Assembly: GCF_006345805.1 (NCBI RefSeq)
Contig: NW_021828072.1
Span: 1 to 35,624, forward strand
Reading direction: 5' to 3'
DNA length: 35,624 nt
Origin: Octopus sinensis
Taxonomy: Eukaryota
Below, piece after piece: positions 11,209 to 23,031 of this stretch. The notes under the pieces are model-generated. The model was not told where the DNA came from, ran no database searches, and saw only the letters and a program-made list of their open reading frames with translations. How positions within the stretch are numbered: position 1 is the first letter of the stretch; each line of letters opens with the position of its first letter. The position numbers and the translations under genes are program-made.

Positions 11209-11609
11209 GGAGTGGCTGTGTGGTAAGTAGCTTGCTAACCAACTACATGGTTCCGGGTTCAATCCCACTGCATGGCATCTTGGGCAAATGTCTTCTGCTA
11301 TAGCCCCGGGCCGACAATGCCTTGTGAGTGGATTTGGTAGATGGAAACTGAAAGAAGCCTGCGTATATATGTATATAGTATATATGTGTGGTGTGTTTGT
11401 GGGTCTGTGTTTGTCCCCCTAGCATTGTTGCTTGACACACGATGCTGGTGTGTTTACGTCCCCGTCACTTAGCGGTTCGGCAAAAGAGAGGCGATAGAAT
11501 AAGTACTGGGCTTACAAAGAATAAGTCCGGGGTCGATTTGCTCGACTAAAGGCGGTGCTGCTCCAGCATGCCGCAGTCAAATGCTGAAACAACTAAAAAA
11601 AAAAAATAA

Positions 11610-11659
<50 letters not shown>

Positions 11660-11785
11660 TATATATATAGGTGTAAGAGTGGCTGTGTGGTAGGTAGCTT
11701 GCTAACCAACACATGGTTCCAGGTTCAGTCCCACTGCGTGGCATCTTGGGCAAGTGTCTTCTGCTATAGCCCCGGGCCGACCAAA
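11209..11785 (+). mobile_element. SINE A full copy plus a truncated head (11670-11785)
   Basis: Family A match; both begin directly after (TA)n. Confidence 0.85.
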
Positions 11786-11984
11786 AATGTCAGAAGTTCA
11801 ATGTTAGATTATTTTTTTTTTTTCCTTCCTAACGCCACCACTCCGAGATAACGTATGAAAAAAAAAAAACCATGGTACAGTCATGGCAGGATTATCTTTG
11901 GATACTGATATATTCTATCAGGGGAGGACGAAATAGGAAATGAAAGAGACAGTTAAATTGTACCTGTAATTTTTTTAAATGCCC

Positions 11985-12162
11985 AGGAGTGGCTGCGTGG
12001 TAAGTAGATTGCTTACGAACCACATGGTGCCAGGTTCAGTCCCACTGCGTGCACTTGGGCAATTGTCTTCTACTATAGCCCCGGGCCGACCAAAGCCTTG
12101 TGAGTGGATTTGGTAGACGGAAACTGAAAGAAGCCCGTCGAAAATATGTATATATGTGTATA

Positions 12163-12202
<40 letters not shown>

Positions 12203-12728
12203 TGTAGGAGTGGCTGTGTGGTAGGTAGCTTGCTACCAACCACATGGTTCCAGGTTCAGTCCCACTGCGTGGCACCTTGGGCGAGTGTCTTCTACTATAG
12301 CCTCGGGCCAACCAAAAGCCTTGTGAGTGGATTTGGTAGACGGAAACTGAAAGAGCCCGTCATATATATTATTTATATATATATATATATATATATTATA
12401 GGCGGGCAGGAGTGGCTGTGTGGTAAGTAGCTTGCCTACAAAACACATGGTTCCGGGTTCAGTCCCACTGCGTGGCACCTTGGGCAAGTGTCTTCTACTA
12501 TAGCCTCGGGCCGACCAAAGCCTTGTGATGGATTTGGTAGACGGAAACTGAAAGAAGCCCGTCGTATATATGCATATATATATATGTGTGGTGTGTGGTA
12601 TGTTTGTGTGTCTATGTTTGTCCCCTTCATTGCTTGACAACCGATGCTGGTCTGTTTATGTCCCCGTCACTGAACCCGGAACCATGTGGTTGGTAGGCAA
12701 GCTACTTACCACACAGTCACTCCTGCGC
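11985..12728 (+). mobile_element. SINE A with three heads, truncated at 12670 and fused to an inverted head (12671-12728)
   Basis: Junction tccccgtcac|tgaacccggaaccatgtgg...cactcctgcgc, the latter being the reverse complement of the head. Confidence 0.85.
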
Positions 12729-12729
12729 T

Positions 12730-13679
12730 TAACATATATACATATATACATATACATATATACATACATATATACATACATATATACATACATATATACA
12801 TCCATATATACATATACATAGACACATATACATATACATATATACATATATATATAACATATATATATACATATATATATACATACATATATATATATAC
12901 ATATATATCTACATATATATATACATATACATACATATACATGTACATATATATATATATATATACATATTATATCACATATATATATATATACATATAT
13001 ACACATATATATACACATATATACATATACATATATATTATATATATACATATATAATATACATATATATATATATTATATATACATATATACACATATA
13101 TACATATATATATATATACATATATATATACATATATACATATACATATATATATATATATATATATAAATACATATATATATATAACATATATATATAT
13201 ACACATATATATATATATATATACATATACACACATATATATATACACATATATATATACATACATATATATATACCATATATACACACATATATATATA
13301 CACATATATATATACATACATATATATATATCACACTATATATATATACATACATATATATACACATATATAATATACATACATATATATATACAACATA
13401 TATATATACACATTATATATACACATATATATATACACATATATATATACACATATATATATAACACACATATATAATACACATATATATATATACATAC
13501 ATATTATATATACACATATATATATACACATATAATATATACACATATATATATATATACACATATATATATATATACACATATATATATATATACACAT
13601 ATATATAATATATACACATATATATATATATACACATATATATATATACACATATATATATACACATATATATATACAC

Positions 13680-13715
<36 letters not shown>

Positions 13716-13718
13716 TAC

Positions 13719-13777
<59 letters not shown>

Positions 13778-14118
13778 ACATACATATATATATATACATA
13801 CATATATATATATATACATAATATTATATATACATATATATATATATACATATATATATATAACATAATATATATACACATATATATATACATATATATA
13901 TATACATATATATACATATTTATATATACATATATATATATATATTCATTATACAATATATATATATATATATAAAATAAATATAAGAGAGTGGTCACTA
14001 TATGGCTCACTCTAGCACCAGTTAATCCAAAAGGTTTCAACAACAAATACATGTTTCCCATGAAGTCGTACGATTGTTAGCTCATATATAATACATATAT
14101 ACATATATATATATATAC

Positions 14119-14151
<33 letters not shown>

Positions 14152-14177
14152 CATATATACATATATATCATATATAC

Positions 14178-14210
<33 letters not shown>

Positions 14211-14232
14211 ATATACATATATATACATATAT
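12730..14232. repeat. Very long degenerate (TA)n/(CA) microsatellite of about 1.25 kb (12730-13980), plus a second block at 14095-14232
   Basis: Almost pure atatac/atacac/tata sequence; it generates the spurious YIYI ORFs in the track. Confidence 0.97.
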
Positions 14233-14309
14233 GAAACCACTAATTATCACAGATGCAGCTATGCAACTACAGGAAGTAAGATGACGGATTATATGAAAAT
14301 AACACTTAC

Positions 14310-14359
14310 CAGACTGTCCAGTTCATGGTTGGCGGAGAAGGGGGTTTTTCTGCTCGTGC
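14310..14359 (-). CDS. Meis: Meis micro-exon (equivalent to exon 4), ARAEKP.FSANHELDSL; 50 nt as assembled, 51 expected
   Basis: Acceptor ttatcactacag|GCA CGA GCA GAA AAA CCC CC TTC TCC GCC AAC CAT GAA CTG GAC AGT CTG|gtaagt. Homologous to vertebrate IRAEKPLFSSNPELDNL. The C5 run is one base short of frame. Confidence 0.88.
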
Positions 14360-14662
14360 CTGTAGTGATAACAAAAAGGCAAAGAGAAAAGTTGGGGCAA
14401 GTCTTCAAAATCAAATTGGTCAAGATTAAAATTTTGTACTTGCGAAATTGTGTGAAAACGGCAACGAAGATTGCCGAACCTTCCACAGGAACCCCCCCCC
14501 CTAAAAATCCAGTTTCAGTATATTTTTTATAATCAACCAGCGTCCAAATAATATGTGGCGGGGACATGCAACGAAATAGTAAATTGGGGATCCGCAATAG
14601 TAATTTAAGGGCCCCTGGAAACTTTTTGCTTTAGATGTATATATTGGCAGGAGTGGCTATAG

Positions 14663-15052
14663 GGCAGGAGTGGCTGTGTGGTAAGTAGCTTGTTTACCAA
14701 CCGCATGGTTCCGGGTTCAGTCCCACTGCGTGGCACCTTGGGTAAGTGTCTTCTACTATAGCCTCGGGCCGACCAATGCCTTGTGAGTGAATTTGGTAGA
14801 CGGAAACTGAAAGAAGCCTGTCGTATATATGCATATATATATATGTGTGTGTGTGTTTGTCCCCCTAGCATTGTTTGACAACTGATGCTGGTGTGTTTAC
14901 GTCCCCGTCACCTAGCGGTTCGGCAAAAAGCGACCGATAGAATAAGTACTGGGCTTACAAAGAATAAGTCCCGGGGTCGAGTTGCTCGATTAAAGGCGGT
15001 GCTCCAGCATGGCCGCAGTCAAATGACTGAAACAAGTAAAAGAGTAAAGAGT
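14663..15052 (+). mobile_element. SINE A, full length
   Basis: Family A match, preceded by a short duplicated head start (ggcaggagtggctata at 14646). Confidence 0.9.
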
Positions 15053-15465
15053 ATAGTTCAACCTACACAATAAGAACTATGAAAGCCGTTTCTATAAAGT
15101 TAGTTTAGAATCATCGAATGGCTACGGGCGTCCGCCAGAATAAAATAGTAATATCAAAGAGGTAAATTTAAATTTAATTACTGTCTTTTTTTATGAATTT
15201 ACCTATTAAAAGTGGATGCTGCGTTAGAACACACAAATACTGTGATATTTAACCAAGAGAGAAAACCTCTCACATGGTCTATACGGTGTTTAAAAGCTCA
15301 TCATAGATATCACTTATGGCAGACAGTCACTGCTACTTCCACTGTTAGGATAACCAGATCACATGATTTTGGCCTCTTTTGGCCTTGTCAATGACAAATA
15401 CCTCACCACTAAAAAATAGCAGTTACTTTTTTTAGAGTTCATCTTTATATATCATCAAATATGGT

Positions 15466-15850
15466 TACTTTTGGAAGCACTCCGTCGGTTACGACGACGA
15501 GGGTTCCGGTTTAATCCGAATCAACGGAACAGCCTGCTCGTGAAATTAACGTGTAAGTGCTGAGCACTCCACAGACACGTGTACCCTTAACGTAGTTCTC
15601 GGGGATATTCAGTGCGTGACACAGGAGAGTGACAAGGCCGGCCCTTTGAAAAACAGTACAACAGAAACAGGAAGTAAGAGAAAGTTGTGGTGAAAGAGTA
15701 CAGCAGGGATCACCACCATCCCTGCCGGAGCCTCGTGGGGCTTTTAGGTGTTTTCGTTCAATAAACACTCACAACGCCCGGTCTGGGAATCGAAACCGCG
15801 ATCCTACGACCGCGAGTCCGCTGCCCTAACCACTGGGCCATTGCGCCTCC
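15466..15850 (-). mobile_element. SINE C, full length; 14-bp TSD
   Basis: TSD tcatcaaatatggt at 15452-15465 and 15851-15864. A and B boxes are intact (tggcccagtgg, ggtttcgattccc). Confidence 0.92.
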
Positions 15851-16007
15851 TCATCAAATATGGTATTTGTTAATCTTATCTTACTAGAATAGACTCCGAG
15901 TTGCTTTTTCCTAGACTTCAGGCGATTTGCTGTGTTCGAGAAGACACGTGAAAGACACACATGCCGATGATACGTAAAAAGCACCCGTGTAGGTGACACA
16001 TAAAAGG

Positions 16008-16440
16008 TAGTTAGTTAGTTAGTTAATTGGCTCAAAAGCAAATAGCAAGGCCATGTAGGAGGACATGGAGTTAAGTACAGGGTGGTGTTCATGTAAAGAG
16101 TTCTGGCCACTTGAGGTCAAGGGAGACTTTCACCAAGCGGTCGTCGGCATCTTCACCATCTCGTCTGGCAGCTTGTTCCACGGATCCGCATCCCGGACGG
16201 AGAAAGCTCCTCTCCTTTGATTGAGATGAAATCGTCGCAGATAGAGCTTTTCAGAATGACCCCGAAGCCGACGCTCTGGAGCAGGAGTGAAGAACAGCTC
16301 TTTCAAGAGGTTACACTTTCGCTTCTGATGCTGTGGGCGAGATGAGATCACCACGGCGGCTGCGTTTTTCTAGAGAATAAAGGTCGAGGTCCTCAGCCTT
16401 TCTTCATAGGACAAATCTTTGAGACCATGAACCATGCGGG
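16008..16440 (-). mobile_element. CR1-clade LINE family a, degraded 3' end
   Basis: (TAAC)n tail and LSKELFFTPAPERRLRGHSEKLYLRRFHLN...PWNKLPDEMVKM, matching the copy at 24565-25852. Confidence 0.85.
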
Positions 16441-16651
16441 TACCCATGCCGGTGACACGCAAAAGGCACATTACAAACCAATCCAAAACAGACTGGAGCC
16501 TAGTGCAGCTCTCCGGCTTACCAATCCCAAGCCAACACGGGAAACGAACTCTGGAGGATGATTATGATATTTCTGTGGTTACTGAGAAAGATCAGGAAAT
16601 TACGATTCTGTTCAAGGTGGGATTTTTTTGTGTGTGTGCTTTGAATTGTTA

Positions 16652-16903
<252 letters not shown>

Positions 16904-17051
16904 TTAAGATCAAAGGCATGAAAACGGAAATATTTTTGATTAAAACATCTAATTAAATACTTTAAAATCATTTTTGATATGTATTAAAATACAACATTAC
17001 ACATGCAGCGAGCGCTCGCACACACTAAACACATACACAATGTATGTATGT

Positions 17052-18558
17052 AAGATCTTTTCTGTTTGAACGGCAGTTTTTTCTAGAGATGTCATATGAA
17101 ATTGTCACCCATAATTATGACCCTAGTATCGATCTATTGCATTTCAATCTGCTTTAGGGTTAGGGTTAGTTAGGGCGAAGGGCATTAAAATACATACACA
17201 CGCACGTGCTCGCACACACACAGACACACACACATACACAATTTATGTATGTAGGATCTTTTCTGTTTGAACGGCAGTTTTTTCTAGAGATGTCATATGA
17301 AATTGTCACCCCTAATTATGACCCTAGTAACTCGATCTATTGCATTTCAATCTGCTTTAGGGTTGGGTTAGTTAGGGCGAAGGGTGATTACACACACACA
17401 CACACACACACAACAATGTATGTCTGTAGGATCTTTTCTGTTTGAACGGCAGTTTTTTAGAGATGTCATATGAAATTGTCACCCATAATTATGACCCTAG
17501 TATCGATCTATTGCATTTCAATCTGCTTTAGGGTTAGGGTTAGTTAGGGCGAAGGGCATTAAAATACATACACACGCACGCGCTCGCACACCACACAAAG
17601 ACACCACACAAACACAATGTATGTATGTAGGATCTTTTCTGTGTTTGAACGGCAGTTTTTTCTAGAGATGTCATATGAAATTGTCACCCATAATTATGAC
17701 CCTAGTATCGATCTATTGCATTTCAATCTGCTTTAGGGTAAGGGTTAGTTAGGGCGAAGGGTATTACACACACACCACACACACACACACACAATGTATG
17801 TCTGTAGGATCTTTTCTGTTTGAACGGCAGTTTTTTCTAGAGATGTCATATGAAATTGTCACCCATAATTATGACCCTAGTATCGATCTATTGCATTTCA
17901 ATCTGCTTTAGGGTTAGGGTTAGTTAGGGCGAAGGGCATTAAAATACATACACACGCACGCGCTCGCACACACACACAGACACACACACATAGACAATGT
18001 ATGTATGTAGGATCTTTTCTGTTTGAACGGCAGTTTTTTCTAAAGATGTCATATGAAATTGTCACCCATAATTATGACCCTAGTATTGATCTATTGCATT
18101 TCAATCTGCTTTAGGGTTAGGGTTAGGGGTGGAGGGAAGGGTATCTTTTTTTTTTTCAGAAATGTAAATAAACCCAATCTGCTTCTTAAACGAGGGACAT
18201 ATTCATACGGCACAGAATGTGTTTTTTTTTACCTAAATAGACGTCATTGATTGGTTGAAATTGCAGAAATTGAAGAAAAAAACACAAAAAATATCTTACA
18301 AACCATAGAATTTTCTCAATAAAGCCAAGAGAAAAAGATGTTTTATAAACACATTCTACCAGTATACGAAGTTTAAAAGTGTTTAGTTACGTGGAAATTA
18401 TTTTAAAAAACTGCCGTTCAAACCGAAAAGACCCAAATATCTTACAAACTATAGAACTTTCTCAATAAAGCCAAGAGAAAAAGATGTTTTATAAACACAT
18501 TCTACCAGTATACGAAGTTTAAAAGTGTAAATCATTTAAAAAAACTGCCGTTCAAACC
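17052..18558. mobile_element. Unclassified TIR element (complete copy 18010-18434) with its left arm amplified in a tandem array (17052-18009) and its right arm duplicated (18435-18558)
   Basis: Left TIR ggatcttttctgtttgaacggcagtttttt against the reverse complement of the right TIR, gggtcttttcggtttgaacggcagtttttt (2 mismatches in 30). Left-arm starts at about 17052, 17254, 17429, 17630, 17807 and 18010. Confidence 0.82.
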
Positions 18559-19126
18559 ACTAGGGACTAAACAGAGAGGACAAACAAGGACAGACAAACG
18601 GATTAAGTCGATTATATCGATCCCAGTGCGTAACTGTACTTAATTTAACGACCCCAAAGATGAAAGGCAAGTCGATTTCGGCGAATTTGAACTCAGAACG
18701 TACGGCAGACGAATACCTATTTCCTTACTACCGACAAGGGGCTAAACGCAAAGAGGACAAACAAGGACAGACAACGGATTAAGCGATTATATCGATCCCA
18801 GTGCGTAACTGGTACTTAATTTAAACGACCCCGAAAGGATGAAAGACAAAGTCGATTTCGGCGGAATTTGAACTCAGAACGTAGCGGCAGACGAAATACC
18901 TATTTCCTTACTACCGACAAGGGGCTAAACACAAAGGGACAAAAAGGACAGAGAACGGATTAAGTCGATTACATCGACCCCAGTGCGTAACTGGTACTTA
19001 ATTTCGACCGTGAGAGGAGGAAAGGCAAAGTCGACCTTGGCTGAATTTGAACTCAGAACGTAACAGCAGACGAAATACGGCTACGCATTTCGCCCAGCGT
19101 GCTAACGGTTCTGCCAGCTCGCCGCC
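18559..19126 (-). mobile_element. SINE B with three tandem body units of about 180 bp
   Basis: Reverse complement of the 1470-2112 family, including the tRNA-like head ggcgagctggcagaaccgttagcacgctgggcgaaatgc...gagttcaaattc. Confidence 0.85.
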
Positions 19127-19558
19127 TTTACTTATACCACACATGAATCAAGAACTTGCACTCTCTCTCCCCAAGATTCCACGTCGAGCCATATCTACTC
19201 CAGATGGGTTGGTAGGTATCCAGTTGGTTCAATAATATAGGGTATGAAGCTGAGAATGTATCTTGGGTACTGGAATTGCAAACTCCTCATCTATGATCCA
19301 TAGTTGTTCTCTTTCTCTTCTATTTTGCCAACCACAATGGAAACCGGAGGGCAGCTGATCTCCATAACAGAACACATCTTATCTTTATGGTCCCACAGAA
19401 CGATACCTGGCCGGTTGTATTTTAAACTTGTTGGCCGTACTCACGCCAATATTCTTTTGACCCATCGGTTTCAATATGGCCAACTTCGTTTTTAGATATT
19501 TTCTTTTCTTTTTCGTTATCCTGTTCCAGACCGTTCTGACTACTGCATTATGCATACG

Positions 19559-20126
19559 CTAGCAGCATAGCCCGGCGTTGCCCGGTATGTAAGAGCACCT
19601 AGTAGGCAACGACTAATCCCAATCTAGTCCTTTCCCTCTCGGGAACGAAGGCGCATGTGTAGGTCGCAATGTCTTCTCTTCACTCGAATACTTCTGTGTA
19701 TACGATGTTCCTAGCTGTCCCTTTGGGCGATAAAAAAGGTCGATTTGCGTCCCCTAGACAGTCTGTGGTTTGTGTTTAATAATACACAAATCGGTTTGCT
19801 ATGTGTGCCACATATGATTTAATTGACCGATTTTTTCCAGTAATAAAGTATCCTATTGGAATAAAAAGGGCCATATAGCTCCTTGGAGCAGACATGATGC
19901 TCGCTGTGAATTTTAAAAAAATTCCTGCCAATTTGTGAAAGATATTGTCGAAAATATGTCATCTTGAATTTGAACGCGATGTCCCAAACTGGCATGATTT
20001 TATCGATTTTTTTCTGATGATAAGGTATTGCATGGAAACTAAACGTCAGAATTAAGTTTCTTAGGGTACATTATTAAGCTTCACCATGAGTTTGGTGAAA
20101 ATCGATTGCAAGTTGCGAAAAACTAC
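19559..20126 (-). mobile_element. Helitron H1, 3' half
   Basis: Matches 29780-30333 in reverse, with terminal hairpin and CTAG. Truncated where element D begins. Confidence 0.82.
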
Positions 20127-20505
20127 GAGCAGAAGTAATGGGGGAGCATCATAGCCATGTGTTGAGAGGGATTCTTGGAGGTTTGAAAATTCATTCACTT
20201 TGGAAACATGGGTGGTTCTTTCAACATCCTTAAACGACCCTTATTCGGGACCGTTTGAGCGGGATGGGCTACTCGACCTGAAGAAAATTCTAACTGGGCC
20301 CCACCTGCAAGGTCATGTGCTGTTTATCCTGATGCAAGTTCACTATGTCACGTACATATGGTTGTGATGCATGTGCCTAGTGTACCCTTATCAGACGGGT
20401 AGTCATGATGGGTACACTGGCCTTCGTAAATTTGTACCCTAGAGTCACTTAGATGACATGGCGTTGCTGTCTCACTCTCATAATAATGACGATGATAATA
20501 AAATA
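20125..20505 (+). mobile_element. 5'-truncated copy of element D (non-coding, ends in a (TAA)-like tail)
   Basis: Matches about 26045-26400 and ends ctcactctcataataatgacgatgataataa. Confidence 0.8.
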
Positions 20506-20563
20506 AAGCTATATAAATAAATCGCTAAAGGCTTCTTATGCGTGACTTTCGGCCCAACTTAAA

Positions 20564-21345
20564 AATAATAATAATAATAATGAAATTATTGTATACAGTG
20601 CTCAGGTGCACCACAACTTGTCAGAAAGTGCATATAAAGTACATGCAGTAATGTAGAATGTCTGGAAAGTGAACAGTGTATGAGTCAGATACATGCTTGT
20701 GTGTGTATGTAGGGGAGGAAATCAGGTGTAGTGTTGGCGAATCTCAGGAAGCATGGAAGTTTTGAAGGATGCAGTGCTCCGACAACTAACAACTGATGCC
20801 GGCAGTTTGTTCCATGCTTGCGTGTGTATGGAGGGGGGAGAAATCAGGTGTAGTGTTGGCGAATCTCAGGAAGCATGGAAGTTTTGAAGGATGCAGTGCT
20901 CCGACAACTAACAACTGATGCTGGCAGTTTGTTCCATGCTTCAGCGTGTGTATGGAGGGGAGAAATCAGGTGTAGTGTTGGCGAATCTCAGGAAGCATGG
21001 AAGATTTGAAGGATGCAGTGCTCCGACAACTAACAACTGATGCTGGCAGTTTGTTCCATGCTTCAGCGTGTGTATGGAGGGGAGAAGATCAGGTGTAGTG
21101 TTGGCGAATCTCTCAGGAAGCATGGAAGATTTGAAGGATGCAGTGCTCCGACAACTAACAACCGATGCCGGCAGTTTGTTCCATGCTTCAGCAACTCTCA
21201 GCGTGAAAAAATGTTTCCTGAAGTCATGGGAGCTGTGCTGTTTTCTTACTTTGTAAATATGTCCACGGGTGTTAGATGGGTGGAGTTTGAAGAGGTGCTC
21301 AGAGTTATTGTTTGTGCGATGGTTGATAATATACATAACTTGATA
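20564..21345 (-). mobile_element. CR1-clade LINE family b, 3' end, with four tandem copies (about 122 bp) of the ORF-end/3'UTR junction
   Basis: SEHLFKLHPSNTRGHIYKVRKQHSSHDFRKHFFTLRVAEAWNKLPASVVSCRSTASFK is a typical CR1 RT C-terminus. (ATT)n tail. Unit starts near 20701, 20822, 20946 and 21068. Confidence 0.85.
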
Positions 21346-21672
21346 ATATATATAATATATATATGTGTGTATATATACACACAAATACATACACATACAC
21401 GCATATATGTATTGTGGTGGGGGTGTCATTTCTCTATCGCTACTTTTATTTCAGAGTCGTCACTTCGTACCATAAATATAAACATTTGTAGCCAAGTTTA
21501 GTTAAACATATTGTGATACACAATTAACTATTTCGACGGCACTTCAAACAACGAATTACTGTAACGAATACCTTTTATCAATAGCATATCTCCAGAAGAT
21601 CATTGACTCTAGCCAATTGTCCGTGTGTGTGTATTGGTTATTTGTTTAAGTGTATACATATTGATACACATA

Positions 21673-22182
21673 GGCGTAGGAGTGGCTGTGTGGTAAGTAG
21701 CTTGTTTACCAACCACATGGTTCCGGGTTCAGTCCCACTGCGTGGCACCTTCGGCAAGTGACTTCTACTATAGCCTCGGGCCGACCAAAGCCTTGTGAAT
21801 GGATTTGGTAGACGGAAACTGAAAGAAGCCCATCGTATATATATAGGCGTAGGAGTGGCTGTGTGGTAAGTAGCTTGTTTACCAACCACATGGTTCCGGA
21901 TTCAGCCCCCCTGCGTGGCACCTTGGGCAAGTGTCTTCTACTATAGCCTCGGGCCGACCAAAGCCTTGTGAGTGGATTTGGTAGACGGAAACTGAAAGAA
22001 GCCCATCGTATATATATATAGGCGTAGGAGTGGCTGTGTGGTAAGTAGCTTGTTTACCAACCACATGGTTCCGGGTTCAGTCCCACTGCGTGGCACCTTC
22101 GGCAAGTGACTTCTACTATAGCCTCGGGCCGACCAAAGCCTTGTGAGTGGATTTGGTAGACGGAAACTGAAAGAAGCCCGTC

Positions 22183-22219
<37 letters not shown>

Positions 22220-22377
22220 CGCAGGAGTGGCTGTGTGGTAAGTAGCTAGTTTACCAACCACATGGTTCCGGATTCAGCCCCCCTGCGTGGCACCTTCGGC
22301 AAGTGTCTTCTACTATAGCCTCGGGCCGACCAAAGCCTTGTGAGTGGATTTGGTAGACGGAAACTGAAAGAAGCCCG

Positions 22378-22436
<59 letters not shown>

Positions 22437-22657
22437 TGTGTGTCTTTGTGTATCTGTGTTTGTTCCCCTAGCATTGCTTGACAACCGATGCTGGTGTGTT
22501 TGTGTCCCCGTTACTTAGCGGTTCGGCAAAAGAGACCGATAGAATAAGTACTGGGCTTACAAAAAGAATAAGTCCCGGGGTCGATTTGCTCGATTAAAGG
22601 CGGTGCTCCGGCATGGCCGCAGTCAAATGACTGAAACAAGTAAAAGAGTAAAGAGTA
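21673..22657 (+). mobile_element. SINE A with four tandem heads and one tail
   Basis: Heads at 21673, 21846, 22021 and 22218, separated by (TA)n. Confidence 0.9.
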
Positions 22658-22678
22658 TATACACACAGATAGAGGGAG

Positions 22679-22724
<46 letters not shown>

Positions 22725-22816
22725 GGGAGAGCACGCTCGCACACGCACATTCACACATAAACACAGACAAATATATACGTGAAAAAAAATGGCAAGAAAA
22801 GCTTAGACATTCTTAC

Positions 22817-23031
22817 CCGTAAATTGCATCCTTGTCTCGCTTAAGCTGTCCGTCCTGGGAGGAATTCACAACCCCTGGCATATTGTTACTGGGTGAGTAC
22901 GACGGATACTGCGGTATAGGTCCATGGTTTAAGTTGGCAGTGTGCGTGGACAGGGGGTGACTCGGTATTGATCTGTGAGGGGGATCATACATGCCTTCCA
23001 CACAAGTCCCGTAGGGAATGTCATTTTCGTA
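22817..23031 (-). CDS. Meis: Meis coding exon (equivalent to vertebrate exon 2), 215 nt, YENDIPYG...QLKRDKDAIYG
   Basis: Acceptor atgtttcag|TAC, donor TAC GG|gtaaga. Open frame, ends in phase 2, and completes the Gly codon with the first A of the next exon. Confidence 0.95.

Noticed and set aside
12570-14061. Many long YIYICM-type ORFs
   Set aside because: They are translations of the TA/CA microsatellite, with no coding signal.
15770-15850. tRNA-like sequences (also heads of SINE A and B)
   Set aside because: Each runs into a SINE body and tail, often with a TSD. They are SINE heads, not tRNA genes.
15905-16560. Possible fourth SINE-like family flanking the CR1 fragment (ccatgccggtgacacg...aaaaagcaccc; related bit at about 11823-11850)
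   Set aside because: Too decayed to define ends or boxes from this window alone.
17052-18110. Repeat-spacer appearance resembling a CRISPR array
   Set aside because: Repeats are about 130 bp, spacers are two alternating CA-rich sequences, there are no cas genes, and the context is a eukaryotic intron.
17153-18128. TTAGGG runs suggesting an interstitial telomere or fusion site
   Set aside because: Only two to three units each, fixed inside the TIR element's left arm.
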